Below, one piece after another: positions 55,517 through 64,000 of a DNA stretch of 64,000 nt. The notes under the pieces are model-generated. The model did not search any database. It had not been told where the DNA came from and saw nothing but the letters and a program-made list of their open reading frames with translations. Positions within the stretch are counted from its first letter, which is position 1. Each line of letters opens with the position of its first letter. The stretch lies in the NCBI GenBank assembly GCA_963662625.1, contig OY759726.1, forward strand, positions 928,001-992,000. Direction: 5' to 3'. Made by a program: the position numbers and the translations under genes. The DNA comes from Nitrosopumilus sp. (GTDB lineage: Archaea; Thermoproteota; Nitrososphaeria; Nitrososphaerales; Nitrosopumilaceae).

Positions 55517-56557
55517 CTATTTTTTCAGCGTCTTTTCGACGTTCATGTTAAGCACTATCTCCGAGATGTCGCTGGCGTACTCGGAGACGCGCCTTATGTT
55601 CTCGGTCATCCTCCTGACCCTGTACACCTCCTCGTCGTCCTTACGCGATTTCAGCGCGTCCCTTATCCTCTTCTCGAACTTTACTATCTGCTCGGTCTCC
55701 ACGATCGTCCTTTCTGCCTGGGAATAGTCCTCCTTGAACAGTGCCAGGCACGCGTCGTCGAGCATGGACAGGCAGAACCGGTTCATCTCCTCGATCTTCT
55801 CCAGGATGTCCCTCTTTATCGGCTTTTTGAACTCCAGTATGTCGCTTGCGACAAAGGCCGCGTGGTCACCCGTCCTCTCGATGTTCTTGACGATCAGCCT
55901 GTAGCCCAGGCAGTTCCTGGCGTTCCTGAACCCCATCTCCTTCAGCATGTGCTCGTTCTGGATGGCGATCTTCAGCTGCCGGATGATGTAGAACCCGAAC
56001 CTGTCCACCTCGTCGTCGGTGTTGATCACCTCCCGGGCCAGGTCCTGGTTGCCTTCCTTTACGGCCAGTATCGCGTCGCTTGCCATGGACTCTGCCAGGT
56101 GGATCATCCTCTTGAAGGCCCCGTCCACAGAGATCTCCAGCAGGTTTACGAGGACCTGTACCGTGATCCCGCCACTGGAGTCCGATATTATCTCGGAGCC
56201 CATCAGCATCCTCTTCACCGCCTCCTTGACCGTGTTCCTCTGGTTGGGGCTCAGCCTCCCCTTCTTTGGCTTTACGTTGATGGTCTTGAACCCCAGGAAG
56301 TACAGGGAGATCAGCTTCCGGATGATCGACGAGGGCTCCTCCTCCGCATTGATCTCTATGGTGGCGTCCTCCTTCTTCTGGGACCTGGCCTCGAACTTTG
56401 GCGGAAAGAGCTCCAGGGTGGAGGCCCCCTTCCTGACCATCTTCACGTGGTCCCCCTGCTTCAGGTTGAGCTCCGTAACCCACTGTTTTGGCAGCGAGAC
56501 TATATAGGAAGACTTGCCGGTAAACTGGATCTTCCTGGTCTCCTCTCTCTCTTCCAT
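55517..56557 (-). CDS. phoU: AbrB-PhoU family phosphate uptake regulator
   Basis: RKIQFTGKSSYIVSLPKQW AbrB domain; DDEVDR and IERTGDHA PhoU repeats. Confidence 0.92.
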   Translation of the reverse strand: MEEREETRKIQFTGKSSYIVSLPKQWVTELNLKQGDHVKMVRKGASTLELFPPKFEARSQKKEDATIEINAEEEPSSIIRKLISLYFLGFKTINVKPKKGRLSPNQRNTVKEAVKRMLMGSEIISDSSGGITVQVLVNLLEISVDGAFKRMIHLAESMASDAILAVKEGNQDLAREVINTDDEVDRFGFYIIRQLKIAIQNEHMLKEMGFRNARNCLGYRLIVKNIERTGDHAAFVASDILEFKKPIKRDILEKIEEMNRFCLSMLDDACLALFKEDYSQAERTIVETEQIVKFEKRIRDALKSRKDDEEVYRVRRMTENIRRVSEYASDISEIVLNMNVEKTLKK

Positions 56558-56647
56558 GCGCTACATGGCAAACCCCAGTCTATATAGTTTGATTTTTAAA
56601 ATATATTGCTTCATTGGACTAATATTCGGACAGGCCCACACAAAGCC

Positions 56648-57121
56648 GTGGATCCAGTCCTGAAACTAAGGCACACGGTGGACGCGCTGTTCGGCGCCGG
56701 GGTATCGCGCCGCCTCCCAAGGGACGTCGAGTTTACCTTTTCCAGGAAGACGGGGAGGATAAGGACCGTGGCCCACCAGGGCAGGCTGCTCTGCACGCTG
56801 AGGATAGACGGGGGCCTGGCAATCACCCCGTACTGCGCCAGCCTGCTGCTAAAGAGCAGGAGGTTCAGGGAAAACTGCATCGAGGTGAACGACGACGCCG
56901 CCCCGTTCGTGGAGCGCGGGAGATCGGTCTTTTGCAAGCACGTGGCATGGTGCGGAAAGAACGTCCGCATCGGAGACGACGTCCCGGTGCTGTTCGACGG
57001 CAGGGTGATTGCGGTCGGCAGGGCAGTCCTGTCGTCCGAGATGGTGCGGGATTTCCAGAGGGGGGTCGCAGTGCGCGTCAGGGATAGCTTAAAAAGTTCC
57101 GGCGGTGAACCAAAGGCATGA
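56648..57121 (+). CDS. PUA-domain RNA-binding protein (archaeosine TGT C-terminal-like)
   Basis: SRKTGRIR, GRSVFCKHV, AVGRA...GVAVRVR. Confidence 0.85.
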   Translation: MDPVLKLRHTVDALFGAGVSRRLPRDVEFTFSRKTGRIRTVAHQGRLLCTLRIDGGLAITPYCASLLLKSRRFRENCIEVNDDAAPFVERGRSVFCKHVAWCGKNVRIGDDVPVLFDGRVIAVGRAVLSSEMVRDFQRGVAVRVRDSLKSSGGEPKA

Positions 57122-57459
57122 TGCGCGGCGGGAACAGGGAGATGCGGCGGATGATGGGCAGGATGGGCCTAGAAATGAACGACGTCCCAAACGTCCAGGA
57201 GGTGGTCATCAAGACCGACAAGAAGGAGATAATCCTCTCGAAACCGTCGGTGACCGAGATGAAATCCAAGGAAAACTCGATTTTTACGGTCACAGCCGAC
57301 AGCTATGAGGAGGTCGAACTGGAGTCCCAGATCTTCTCCGAGGAGGACATCCAGCTGGTCAGCCTGCAGGCCGGCGTCAGCGCGGAGAAGGCGAGGCAGG
57401 CGCTCGAGGACGCAAAGGGCGATCTGGCACAGGCGATCATGAGCCTGACCACGGGATAG
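57118..57459 (+). CDS. nac: Nascent polypeptide-associated complex protein
   Basis: MMGRMG, EVVI, EEDIQLV..QAGVS...A..AL....GDLA.AI UBA domain. Confidence 0.95.
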   Translation: MMRGGNREMRRMMGRMGLEMNDVPNVQEVVIKTDKKEIILSKPSVTEMKSKENSIFTVTADSYEEVELESQIFSEEDIQLVSLQAGVSAEKARQALEDAKGDLAQAIMSLTTG

Positions 57460-57569
57460 CGCCCGCGCCGCGGCAGGGAGCCGGCTTCCCGGCGCGGCCC
57501 AAAAGCTGGCAGGAGCCGCGGCGGCGACACGCAGGCGGTGGGGCCAAACCGAGGCCCGTGGGACGGCCC

Positions 57570-58906
57570 CAGTAGTTGAAAATGTACCCCCGCGGGGCAC
57601 CGGCCAGCATGTTTTGACACGATCCGTGAACGTTTTGGACAGAAAAACCAATGGATCAGGCGCCCCTGTCATCCATCGTGTACCACCAAAACGAACCACG
57701 GGGGCGCCGGCTTGAGGTGGTGGGCAAGGCGTTTAAAACGTTGCCACGGCTGCTTGGGAAGGCGGGCATCAGGTTCTCGGGCCGGCACAACGCCGCGTGC
57801 GGCATGGCCGACTTCGTGCGCGTGTTGGTACCGGTGTGCAGGGACCGCTCGTGCGCGTCGGGCGCCACCGGGGCGCTCGCCGTGCGCCACGGGCCCCGCC
57901 GCGTGCCGTCGTCGGCGTGGTTCCTGTCCAGGATAGGGGGGGCGTGCCGGGATCCCGGCACCATGGAGGGCAGGTGCAGGGACGCCCTGCGCTCCACGGT
58001 GCGCGGGGCCCGTCGCGCCGGGATCATCAGGGGGGCGTCCCACGCCGTGGCCCTGGACTATCACCTGATACCCAGGTATGACAGGAACCCCGCCACCAGG
58101 GGGGAGCAGCTGGTGCGCGCGAGGCACAGGAACGGGACGTCGCGCTTCGAGGGGTACGCCACCGCCCAGATGGTGGACGGGCCGGGGCTGAACCTGGCGT
58201 GCAGGCCCAAGAAGGGGAGCACGGGGGCCGAGACCGTGCGTGAACTGCTGCGTGACTGCGCTGGCGCGGGCGTCCGCCCGGGGCTGGTCCTGCTGGACCG
58301 GGGCTTCTTCTCGGCAGGGGTCGTCGGGGAGCTGTCCAGATCGGGCCACAGGTTCATCATGCCCGCGTCGCGGACGGCCGGCGTGAAGAGGGCCGTGGGG
58401 GAGCACGCGCGCGGGGAGAGGGATGCGGCGTCCCCGCACGTCCTGACGCCCCAGGACAGGAGCAAGAGGGAGCCGTTCACCCTGGTGATAGTCCCGAAGA
58501 AGGAGGGCGAGGACGGGTGGGACTCGGAGGACGCGCAGGAGAGGTACCTGGCGTACGCCACCAACGCCGGCGCCGGCAGGGCGGTCCGAGCCGCCGACGT
58601 CCCCGACGAGTACAGGAAGAGGTGGGGGACAGGGACGGGGCACGGGGACGCCGAGAAGGCCAGGCCCAGGACCACCGGCACGAACCCCTCAGTCAGGACG
58701 TTCATGTTCTTCATGGCGCTGGTCATGCACGACCCGTGGATGATCTCGGTGGAATGGTCCGCCGGGTGGTACGGGAGGCGCGACACCGCCCCGGTCCGGC
58801 TGGCGATCATGCTGGAGTACGTGGCGAGGCTGGCCGCGTGCGCGGCGTATGGCGGCCGGGCCTGGCCCAACCAGGCGTCTGCCGGCTAGTACATTTTCAA
58901 GTACTG
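57570..58906 (+). mobile_element. ISH3/IS4-like insertion sequence (1337 bp)
   Basis: 18-bp TIRs CAGTAGTTGAAAATGTAC (57570-57587) / GTACATTTTCAAGTACTG (58889-58906), 17/18 match; 5-bp target duplication GGCCC (57565-57569, 58907-58911). Confidence 0.93.
57651..58889 (+). CDS. DDE transposase, likely inactivated
   Basis: ALDYH (D1), LLDRGF (D2), YRKRWGTGTGHG where YxxRWxIE is expected. Confidence 0.85.
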   Translation: MDQAPLSSIVYHQNEPRGRRLEVVGKAFKTLPRLLGKAGIRFSGRHNAACGMADFVRVLVPVCRDRSCASGATGALAVRHGPRRVPSSAWFLSRIGGACRDPGTMEGRCRDALRSTVRGARRAGIIRGASHAVALDYHLIPRYDRNPATRGEQLVRARHRNGTSRFEGYATAQMVDGPGLNLACRPKKGSTGAETVRELLRDCAGAGVRPGLVLLDRGFFSAGVVGELSRSGHRFIMPASRTAGVKRAVGEHARGERDAASPHVLTPQDRSKREPFTLVIVPKKEGEDGWDSEDAQERYLAYATNAGAGRAVRAADVPDEYRKRWGTGTGHGDAEKARPRTTGTNPSVRTFMFFMALVMHDPWMISVEWSAGWYGRRDTAPVRLAIMLEYVARLAACAAYGGRAWPNQASAG

Positions 58907-59073
58907 GGCCCGGGGAACCGCGGCTTTCCCGCGCTTGCGCGCACCTGCAACCCGCGCGCAGGGACTGCCGGCGCGGACGGGGGCGCCGGCATGCCGTGCA
59001 ATGGATGCGGATCCCGCGCTGGCGCGGCCGGCGGACTGAATGGTTTAAGTACGGGATTCGATCCAAGTGTTTC

Positions 59074-59409
59074 ATGAGCAGCGTCGCAGAGTCCAAGGTG
59101 TCGGGCATCATCAAGTCCCTGGGCGAATTGGAGGAGGATCTCGACTCGCTGAACGGCAAGGTCGAGGACATGAAAAGGCAGATGTACCTCAAGACGACCA
59201 GCAAGATAGACTCCATGCTTGAAAAGACGAGGGACATGGCCACAAAGGAGGCCGAGGCCATAATCGACGCCGCAAAGGAACAGGCGACTGCCGAATCGGC
59301 AAAGATAGAGGAGGAGGGCCAGTCAAAACTGGCCGAGATCCAGTCCAGCATCGACGCGAATTTTGATAAAGCGGTAAGCCACGTCGTGTTAACTGTTTTG
59401 AAGCCATAA
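59074..59409 (+). CDS. Coiled-coil protein resembling A/V-ATPase subunit H/G
   Basis: Charged helical pattern EAEAIIDAAKEQA, NFDKAV C-terminus. Confidence 0.6.
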   Translation: MSSVAESKVSGIIKSLGELEEDLDSLNGKVEDMKRQMYLKTTSKIDSMLEKTRDMATKEAEAIIDAAKEQATAESAKIEEEGQSKLAEIQSSIDANFDKAVSHVVLTVLKP

Positions 59410-59440
59410 ACCTAAATCGTACGCCTTGCCTAGTTAACCC

Positions 59441-60094
59441 ATAGACCCGCTACGGAACATACGCATAGGAATCGCCACCACGCACGGCAGGCCCTACTAC
59501 AGGTTCTCCACCTGCCTGAAGGCGCTGAACCTGCCATTCGACGCGATACTCCCGCAGGAGATTCCGGCCTACCGCGGCCACCTGGTGCTGACCACCAGGC
59601 TCGAGGCCCACGACGAGTGCGGAAAGCCCGTGCTGTACGAGGACGTCACCGAGCACCACCCTGCCGTGACGCGCGGCATCATGATCCGGAAACTCGGCCT
59701 GGGGTGCCGCCACGAAGAGCTCCTGATAGGGATAGATCCCGGGCAGCTGACGGGGCTGTCGGCATTCTACTGCGGCCGGGAGATAGAAAGCTCCGTCTAC
59801 TCGTCGGTAGACGGACTCGTCGCCCACATAGTGCAGATCCTAGGGGGCCTGAGGGCCGGGCGCAAGATAGTCAAGATCGGCAACGGCAACATGGCAGTCG
59901 CCAGCCAGATCGCCACCACGCTTAACCTGAAGTTCTGCTCCGCGTTCGAGCTAGAATTCGTAGACGAGCGCAGGACGAGCCGCAAAACCAAGCACTTCAA
60001 CCAGAGGGGCAAGCGGGACATGCTGTCTGCAAGATACATCACCATGCGGGAGGGATTCAGGCGTTCAGTCATGCCCCTCTCCATAACCGGGTGA
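59441..60094 (+). CDS. Hypothetical protein with RNase H-like (YqgF/RuvC-type) motif; start non-canonical or uncertain
   Basis: LIGIDPGQLTG, IGNG, VDERRTS motifs; protein-like frame open from 59438 but first GTG only at 59585. Confidence 0.7.
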   Translation: MDPLRNIRIGIATTHGRPYYRFSTCLKALNLPFDAILPQEIPAYRGHLVLTTRLEAHDECGKPVLYEDVTEHHPAVTRGIMIRKLGLGCRHEELLIGIDPGQLTGLSAFYCGREIESSVYSSVDGLVAHIVQILGGLRAGRKIVKIGNGNMAVASQIATTLNLKFCSAFELEFVDERRTSRKTKHFNQRGKRDMLSARYITMREGFRRSVMPLSITG

Positions 60095-60166
60095 TCCCCG
60101 CGCACGCGCCGCCGTTCCGCCCTGCAAATCCGCGCAACCCGCCAATCCCGACCCGGGCGCCTTGAT

Positions 60167-60238
60167 CCGGCCCCCAGAGGCCCGATGCGCGGCTGACCCG
60201 GCCCCCAGAGGCCCGATGCGCGGCTGACCCGGCCCCCA
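60167..60238. repeat. 31-bp tandem repeat, about 2.3 copies
   Basis: ccggcccccagaggcccgatgcgcggctgac x2 plus ccggccccca. Confidence 0.9.
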
Positions 60239-60303
60239 CGATCCTGCGCAAAAAGGTAGGCTTTTATTCTAGAGAGCAACGTTGCAGATCAAGTGAATAA
60301 CCA

Positions 60304-60546
60304 GTGTCGCAAACGAGCGCAAAAAGACCATTGACCGTGCTTCAAAAGAGCACCAAAAAGAAGGTCACCATACGGCTGAAAAACGAGGTCGAGTACAAGG
60401 GGAAGATGGACAACGTGGACTCTTACATGAACCTCATCATGACCGATGCCGAGGAGCTTCATGGCAGCCGGGTGATTGCCAACTACGGGCGCGTGATTGT
60501 GAGGGGCAACAACGTATTGTTCATCAAACTCGAAAATGAGCTATAA
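60304..60546 (+). CDS. Sm-like archaeal protein (LSm/SmAP)
   Basis: YKG...D.YMNL...DAEE and IVRGNNV Sm1/Sm2 motifs. Confidence 0.95.
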   Translation: MSQTSAKRPLTVLQKSTKKKVTIRLKNEVEYKGKMDNVDSYMNLIMTDAEELHGSRVIANYGRVIVRGNNVLFIKLENEL

Positions 60547-60558
60547 GGTAGTGCCTCC

Positions 60559-61725
60559 ATGACCGCCACCTTCCTGTTTACGTCAGAATCGGTGAACGAG
60601 GGGCATCCCGACAAGATATGCGACCAGATCTCCGACGCGTTCGTGGACGAGTTCCTCAGGCAGGATCCCGAATCAAGGGTGGCGGTGGAGGCGATGGTCA
60701 CCACCGACTTTGTCCTGGTGTCCGGCGAGGTGACCTCGAAGGCCGACCTGGACGAGAAGGCGCAGGAGGAATTGGTGAGGAAGACCATCCGCGAGATCGG
60801 CTACAACAACAAGGACCTCATGTTTGACACGGACACCTGCCAGGTCGTCCTGAAGCTCCACGCGCAGAGCCCGGACATCAGCATGGGGGTGACCCCAGCC
60901 GACGGGAAGGAGCAAGGCGCGGGGGACCAGGGCCTGATGTTCGGGTATGCCTCAAACGAGACGGCCGAACTCATGCCGATGCCGGTGCTGCTGGCGCACA
61001 AGCTGACGGAGAGGCTGGCCGAGGTCAGGAGGGACGGCACCCTGCCGTGGATGCGCCCCGACGGCAAGTCCCAGGTGTCGGTCAGGTACGAGGACAGCAA
61101 GCCGGCAAGCATAGAGACCGTGGTAATCTCCGCGCAGCACGACCCGGGGGTACCGCAGGACGAGATCTCAAGGGAGGTGACGGACAAGGTCATCAAGCCC
61201 GTACTGGGCCACCTGTGGAGCGGGCAGATCAAGATACACGTCAACCCCACGGGAAAATTCGTGATAGGCGGGCCCCACGGGGACACGGGAATCACCGGGA
61301 GAAAGATCATAGTGGACACCTACGGCGGCTTTGGAAGGCACGGCGGCGGGTCGTTCTCCGGGAAGGATCCCTCCAAGGTGGACAGGTCGGCGTCCTACAT
61401 GTGCAGGTACATTGCCAAGAACCTGGTGGCCGCCGGCCTGGCAGACAGGTGCGAGGTGCAGCTGGCGTACGCCATAGGGGTGGCAGATCCGGTATCGCTC
61501 TACGTGAACTCGTTTGGCACAAACAAGGTCCCCGAGGGCAGGATCGAGGAGCTGATCCGGCGTCACTTTGACATGAGGCCCTCCCAGATAATCTCCCAGC
61601 TGGACCTGAAGCGGCCGATCTACAGGAATACCGCGTCGTACGGGCATTTTGGGAGGGACCTCCCCGAGTTTACCTGGGAGAGGACGGACAGGGCCGACGC
61701 GCTAAAGAAGGACGCCGGACTGTAG
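60559..61725 (+). CDS. metK: S-adenosylmethionine synthetase (bacterial type)
   Basis: [41 protein letters not shown]. Confidence 0.97.
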   Translation: MTATFLFTSESVNEGHPDKICDQISDAFVDEFLRQDPESRVAVEAMVTTDFVLVSGEVTSKADLDEKAQEELVRKTIREIGYNNKDLMFDTDTCQVVLKLHAQSPDISMGVTPADGKEQGAGDQGLMFGYASNETAELMPMPVLLAHKLTERLAEVRRDGTLPWMRPDGKSQVSVRYEDSKPASIETVVISAQHDPGVPQDEISREVTDKVIKPVLGHLWSGQIKIHVNPTGKFVIGGPHGDTGITGRKIIVDTYGGFGRHGGGSFSGKDPSKVDRSASYMCRYIAKNLVAAGLADRCEVQLAYAIGVADPVSLYVNSFGTNKVPEGRIEELIRRHFDMRPSQIISQLDLKRPIYRNTASYGHFGRDLPEFTWERTDRADALKKDAGL

Positions 61726-62571
61726 CAGCCCAGACACCCTCTGGAACCTGACGCCCGAGGCCCTCTCGAGCCTACCAAAGTCGCCGCAAAAGTTTCCCAC
61801 CAGCAGGTTGAGATCGTCCACGTCAAAGTCGCCGCCGCGCCTGGTCACGGCCTCGCGGTAGGCCCTCTCGAGCGGGACCCTCCTGACCGTGGCGCCGGCG
61901 TTCCTGGCAAACCGCCTGGCGTAGCTCCCGTAGGTCGTCACTTCGGGCCCCACCAGGTCAAGCACCCTGTTGGAGAGCCTCCCGCCTGCCAGCGACTCCG
62001 AGATGACCCTGGCGGCGTCGCCTACGTGTATTGGCTGGATCAGGAACCTGCCGGAACCGGGAACCGTTACCAGGCCCCGCCTGGCCTGCCTCCTGAGTCG
62101 CCTGGTCAGGGGGTCGCCCCCCCCAACTATGTAGGAGGGCCGCAGGATGGTAAAGTCCAGGCCGGATCCCGCGATCTCCCTCTCCGCCCTGTATTTTGAG
62201 AGAAAGTACGCGAGCGGGCTGTCCCTCGAGGCGCCCAGGCCGCTCAGGTAGACGATCTTCCCTATCCGGGCCCGCCTGCACAGGTCGACGATCCTTCCGG
62301 TAAGCCGGAAATTCACGGCGTCAAAGCCCTCCCCCGCGGACTGGCTGCCCAGCCCCACCAGGTGGACCATGGCGTCGCATCCCCGGATCCCGGGAAGGAT
62401 GTTGCCCGGGTCGTAGCGCTCGGCGACGATCGCCTCTTCGTTCCGGAGCCTCCTGAAGCCCCTCCGGGACACCGAGCGCAGCTCCGCGCCGTTCTCGGAC
62501 AGGTGCCTCCTGACGTGCCTTGCCACAAACCCGGTAGCGCCGGTGACTGCAACCCGGAGGCCCCTTCCCAT
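61702..62571 (-). CDS. NAD-dependent epimerase/dehydratase (NDUFA9-like SDR)
   Basis: [28 protein letters not shown]; ATG 62571. Confidence 0.88.
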   Translation of the reverse strand: MGRGLRVAVTGATGFVARHVRRHLSENGAELRSVSRRGFRRLRNEEAIVAERYDPGNILPGIRGCDAMVHLVGLGSQSAGEGFDAVNFRLTGRIVDLCRRARIGKIVYLSGLGASRDSPLAYFLSKYRAEREIAGSGLDFTILRPSYIVGGGDPLTRRLRRQARRGLVTVPGSGRFLIQPIHVGDAARVISESLAGGRLSNRVLDLVGPEVTTYGSYARRFARNAGATVRRVPLERAYREAVTRRGGDFDVDDLNLLVGNFCGDFGRLERASGVRFQRVSGLLQSGVLL

Positions 62572-62680
62572 GCTACCGGTGCGGGGCCTAATTTTAAATA
62601 CGTTACAGGGAGTGGCGCAGGCCGCACTCGCCGACCAAGCGCAAAGAAGGGTTAAAACATCACGGGGGGCTACGCTGGTC

Positions 62681-63763
62681 GTGAAAGGGAGGGAAAAGCT
62701 CCGGACCGGCTTTACCACGGGCACGTCGGCCGCGGCAGCGTCAAAGGCGGCGCTGCTTGCCGCCATGGCGCAGGAGGGCGTCGGCGCGGTAAGCGTCACT
62801 CTGCCAAAGGGGGGGAGCGTGAGGATCCCTGTGGCCTCGTGCAGGTTCGGCCCGGGTTCTGCAAGGTGCTCCGTGATAAAGGACGGGGGCGACGACCCCG
62901 ACGTGACCCACGGGGCAGAGATAGTGGCGGACCTGGAGCTCAACGGCGCCGCAAGCGAGATCCAGATCGACGGCGGCGAGGGCGTGGGGACGGTCACAAA
63001 GCCCGGGCTGGGGCTCGAGATCGGCAAGCCGGCGATAAACCCAGTGCCAAGGCGGATGATCGACGAGAACCTGAGGGACGCGGCCGGGGACGCCCTGGCC
63101 AGCAGGGGGATCAGGGTGGTGATCTCGGTCCCGCGGGGGAGGGAGCTGGGCCCCAAGACGGACAACCCGAGGATCGGGATCCTCGGAGGGATCTCCATAC
63201 TGGGCACGAGCGGCATCGTGATCCCGTTCTCGACTGCGTCGTACGCGGCGTCGATCCGGCAGAACATCGACGTGGCGGCGGCCATGGGGGACCGCGTGCT
63301 GGTGCTCTCCACCGGCGGCAGGAGCGAGGATTTCGCAAGGAGGCTGGTATCCCTGCCCGACCACTGCTTCGTCCAGATGGGGGACTTTTCAGGCTATACC
63401 GTGCAGCAGTGCGCCAAAAAGTCGATCAAGAAGGCGTACGTGGTGGGGTTTATAGGCAAGCTGGCAAAGGTGGCCGCCGGGGCCAGGCAGACCCACGTCA
63501 AGGGCTCCAAGGTGGACATGGCGTTCCTTGCGGGGCTGGCCGGGAGGTGCGGCGCCGGGGAGGAGACGGCGGCCGAGATCCTGGGGGCAAACACGGCAAG
63601 GCACGTGTCTGAGATCGTCGCGCGGAGGAAGGTGGACGGGTTCTTCGAGCTGGTCTGCCGGGAGGCGCACAGGCAGCTGGGGGGGCACTCCGAGGGGAGG
63701 GTCCCGCTGGAGGTCATACTGTTCGATTTTGACGGCTGCGTCCTTGCCAGGTATGGGGAGTAA
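62681..63763 (+). CDS. cbiD: Cobalt-precorrin-5B C1-methyltransferase
   Basis: LRTGFTTGTSAAAA, KDGGDDPDVTHG, AINPVPR, GGISILGTSG. Confidence 0.96.
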   Translation: MKGREKLRTGFTTGTSAAAASKAALLAAMAQEGVGAVSVTLPKGGSVRIPVASCRFGPGSARCSVIKDGGDDPDVTHGAEIVADLELNGAASEIQIDGGEGVGTVTKPGLGLEIGKPAINPVPRRMIDENLRDAAGDALASRGIRVVISVPRGRELGPKTDNPRIGILGGISILGTSGIVIPFSTASYAASIRQNIDVAAAMGDRVLVLSTGGRSEDFARRLVSLPDHCFVQMGDFSGYTVQQCAKKSIKKAYVVGFIGKLAKVAAGARQTHVKGSKVDMAFLAGLAGRCGAGEETAAEILGANTARHVSEIVARRKVDGFFELVCREAHRQLGGHSEGRVPLEVILFDFDGCVLARYGE

Positions 63764-63794
63764 GGTATTTTATTAAAACATTACAGGTTTAACT

Positions 63795-64000
63795 GTGGAC
63801 AAGGTATCGGTGGTCGCCATCACCAAAAACGGCATAGCGGTGGGAAGGGACATCCTGCGGGCCTTTCCCGACTGGACGGTCATGGCGCCTGCAAAGCTTT
63901 CGGACGGCGGCGGGGACGTGACGTGGTATGCCGAGCCGACCGCCGAAAAGGCAGTCGAGCTCTTCAAGGCCAGCGACGCGCTGGTCTGCGTCTTCTCGCT
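63795..64000 (+). CDS. cbiG: Cobalt-precorrin-5A hydrolase, 5' part (truncated by window)
   Basis: MDKVSVVAITKNGIAVG...ELFKASDALVCVFS, CbiG N-terminal pattern, follows cbiD. Confidence 0.8.
   Translation, partial: MDKVSVVAITKNGIAVGRDILRAFPDWTVMAPAKLSDGGGDVTWYAEPTAEKAVELFKASDALVCVFS

Noticed and set aside
60167-60238. Possible CRISPR array
   Set aside because: Repeats are directly adjacent with no spacers, and no cas genes are in the window
60559-61725. Bacterial-type MetK (and bacterial-type riboflavin synthase at 27852) as recent HGT
   Set aside because: To my knowledge these are typical of this archaeal lineage; codon style matches neighbours

Overview
Chromosomal segment of a GC-rich ammonia-oxidising archaeon (Nitrososphaerota/Thaumarchaeota, Nitrosopumilaceae-like). 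Markers include TFE, S19e, Rpp21, Trm56, NAC, SmAP, PEFG-CTERM and CFI-box-CTERM proteins, and bacterial-type MetK. The high GC and TPR proteins would fit a host- or sponge-associated lineage, but that is inference. Order of content: (1) Zn/Mn ABC transporter and a copper/surface-protein cluster (1-14 kb); (2) thiolase/DUF35, a wHTH-ATP-cone-degenerate NrdD fusion directly upstream of the B12-dependent nrdJ, tRNA-Gly and translation genes; (3) a mosaic riboflavin operon containing an unassigned amidohydrolase; (4) a ~21 kb organic-nitrogen island (34.6-55.4 kb); (5) an ISH3/IS4-like element with intact ends but a decayed transposase, followed by metK and cbiD/cbiG. The island holds ParB-like and Lrp-like genes, two DUR3 urea transporters (one fused to a USP domain), a complete urease cluster, an operon of ureohydrolase + divergent urease-gamma paralogue + Ni-transporter-like + GNAT, and an SSS symporter + His-tailed chaperonin pair sharing an identical upstream 16-mer. 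Best candidates for undescribed systems: (a) a dead class III RNR repurposed as a nucleotide-sensing regulator, with a palindromic operator in the nrdJ promoter; (b) a putative Ni-dependent guanidino-compound-to-urea module with a UreA-like partner and a His-rich chaperonin. All calls come from motif reading by eye; no database searches were run.
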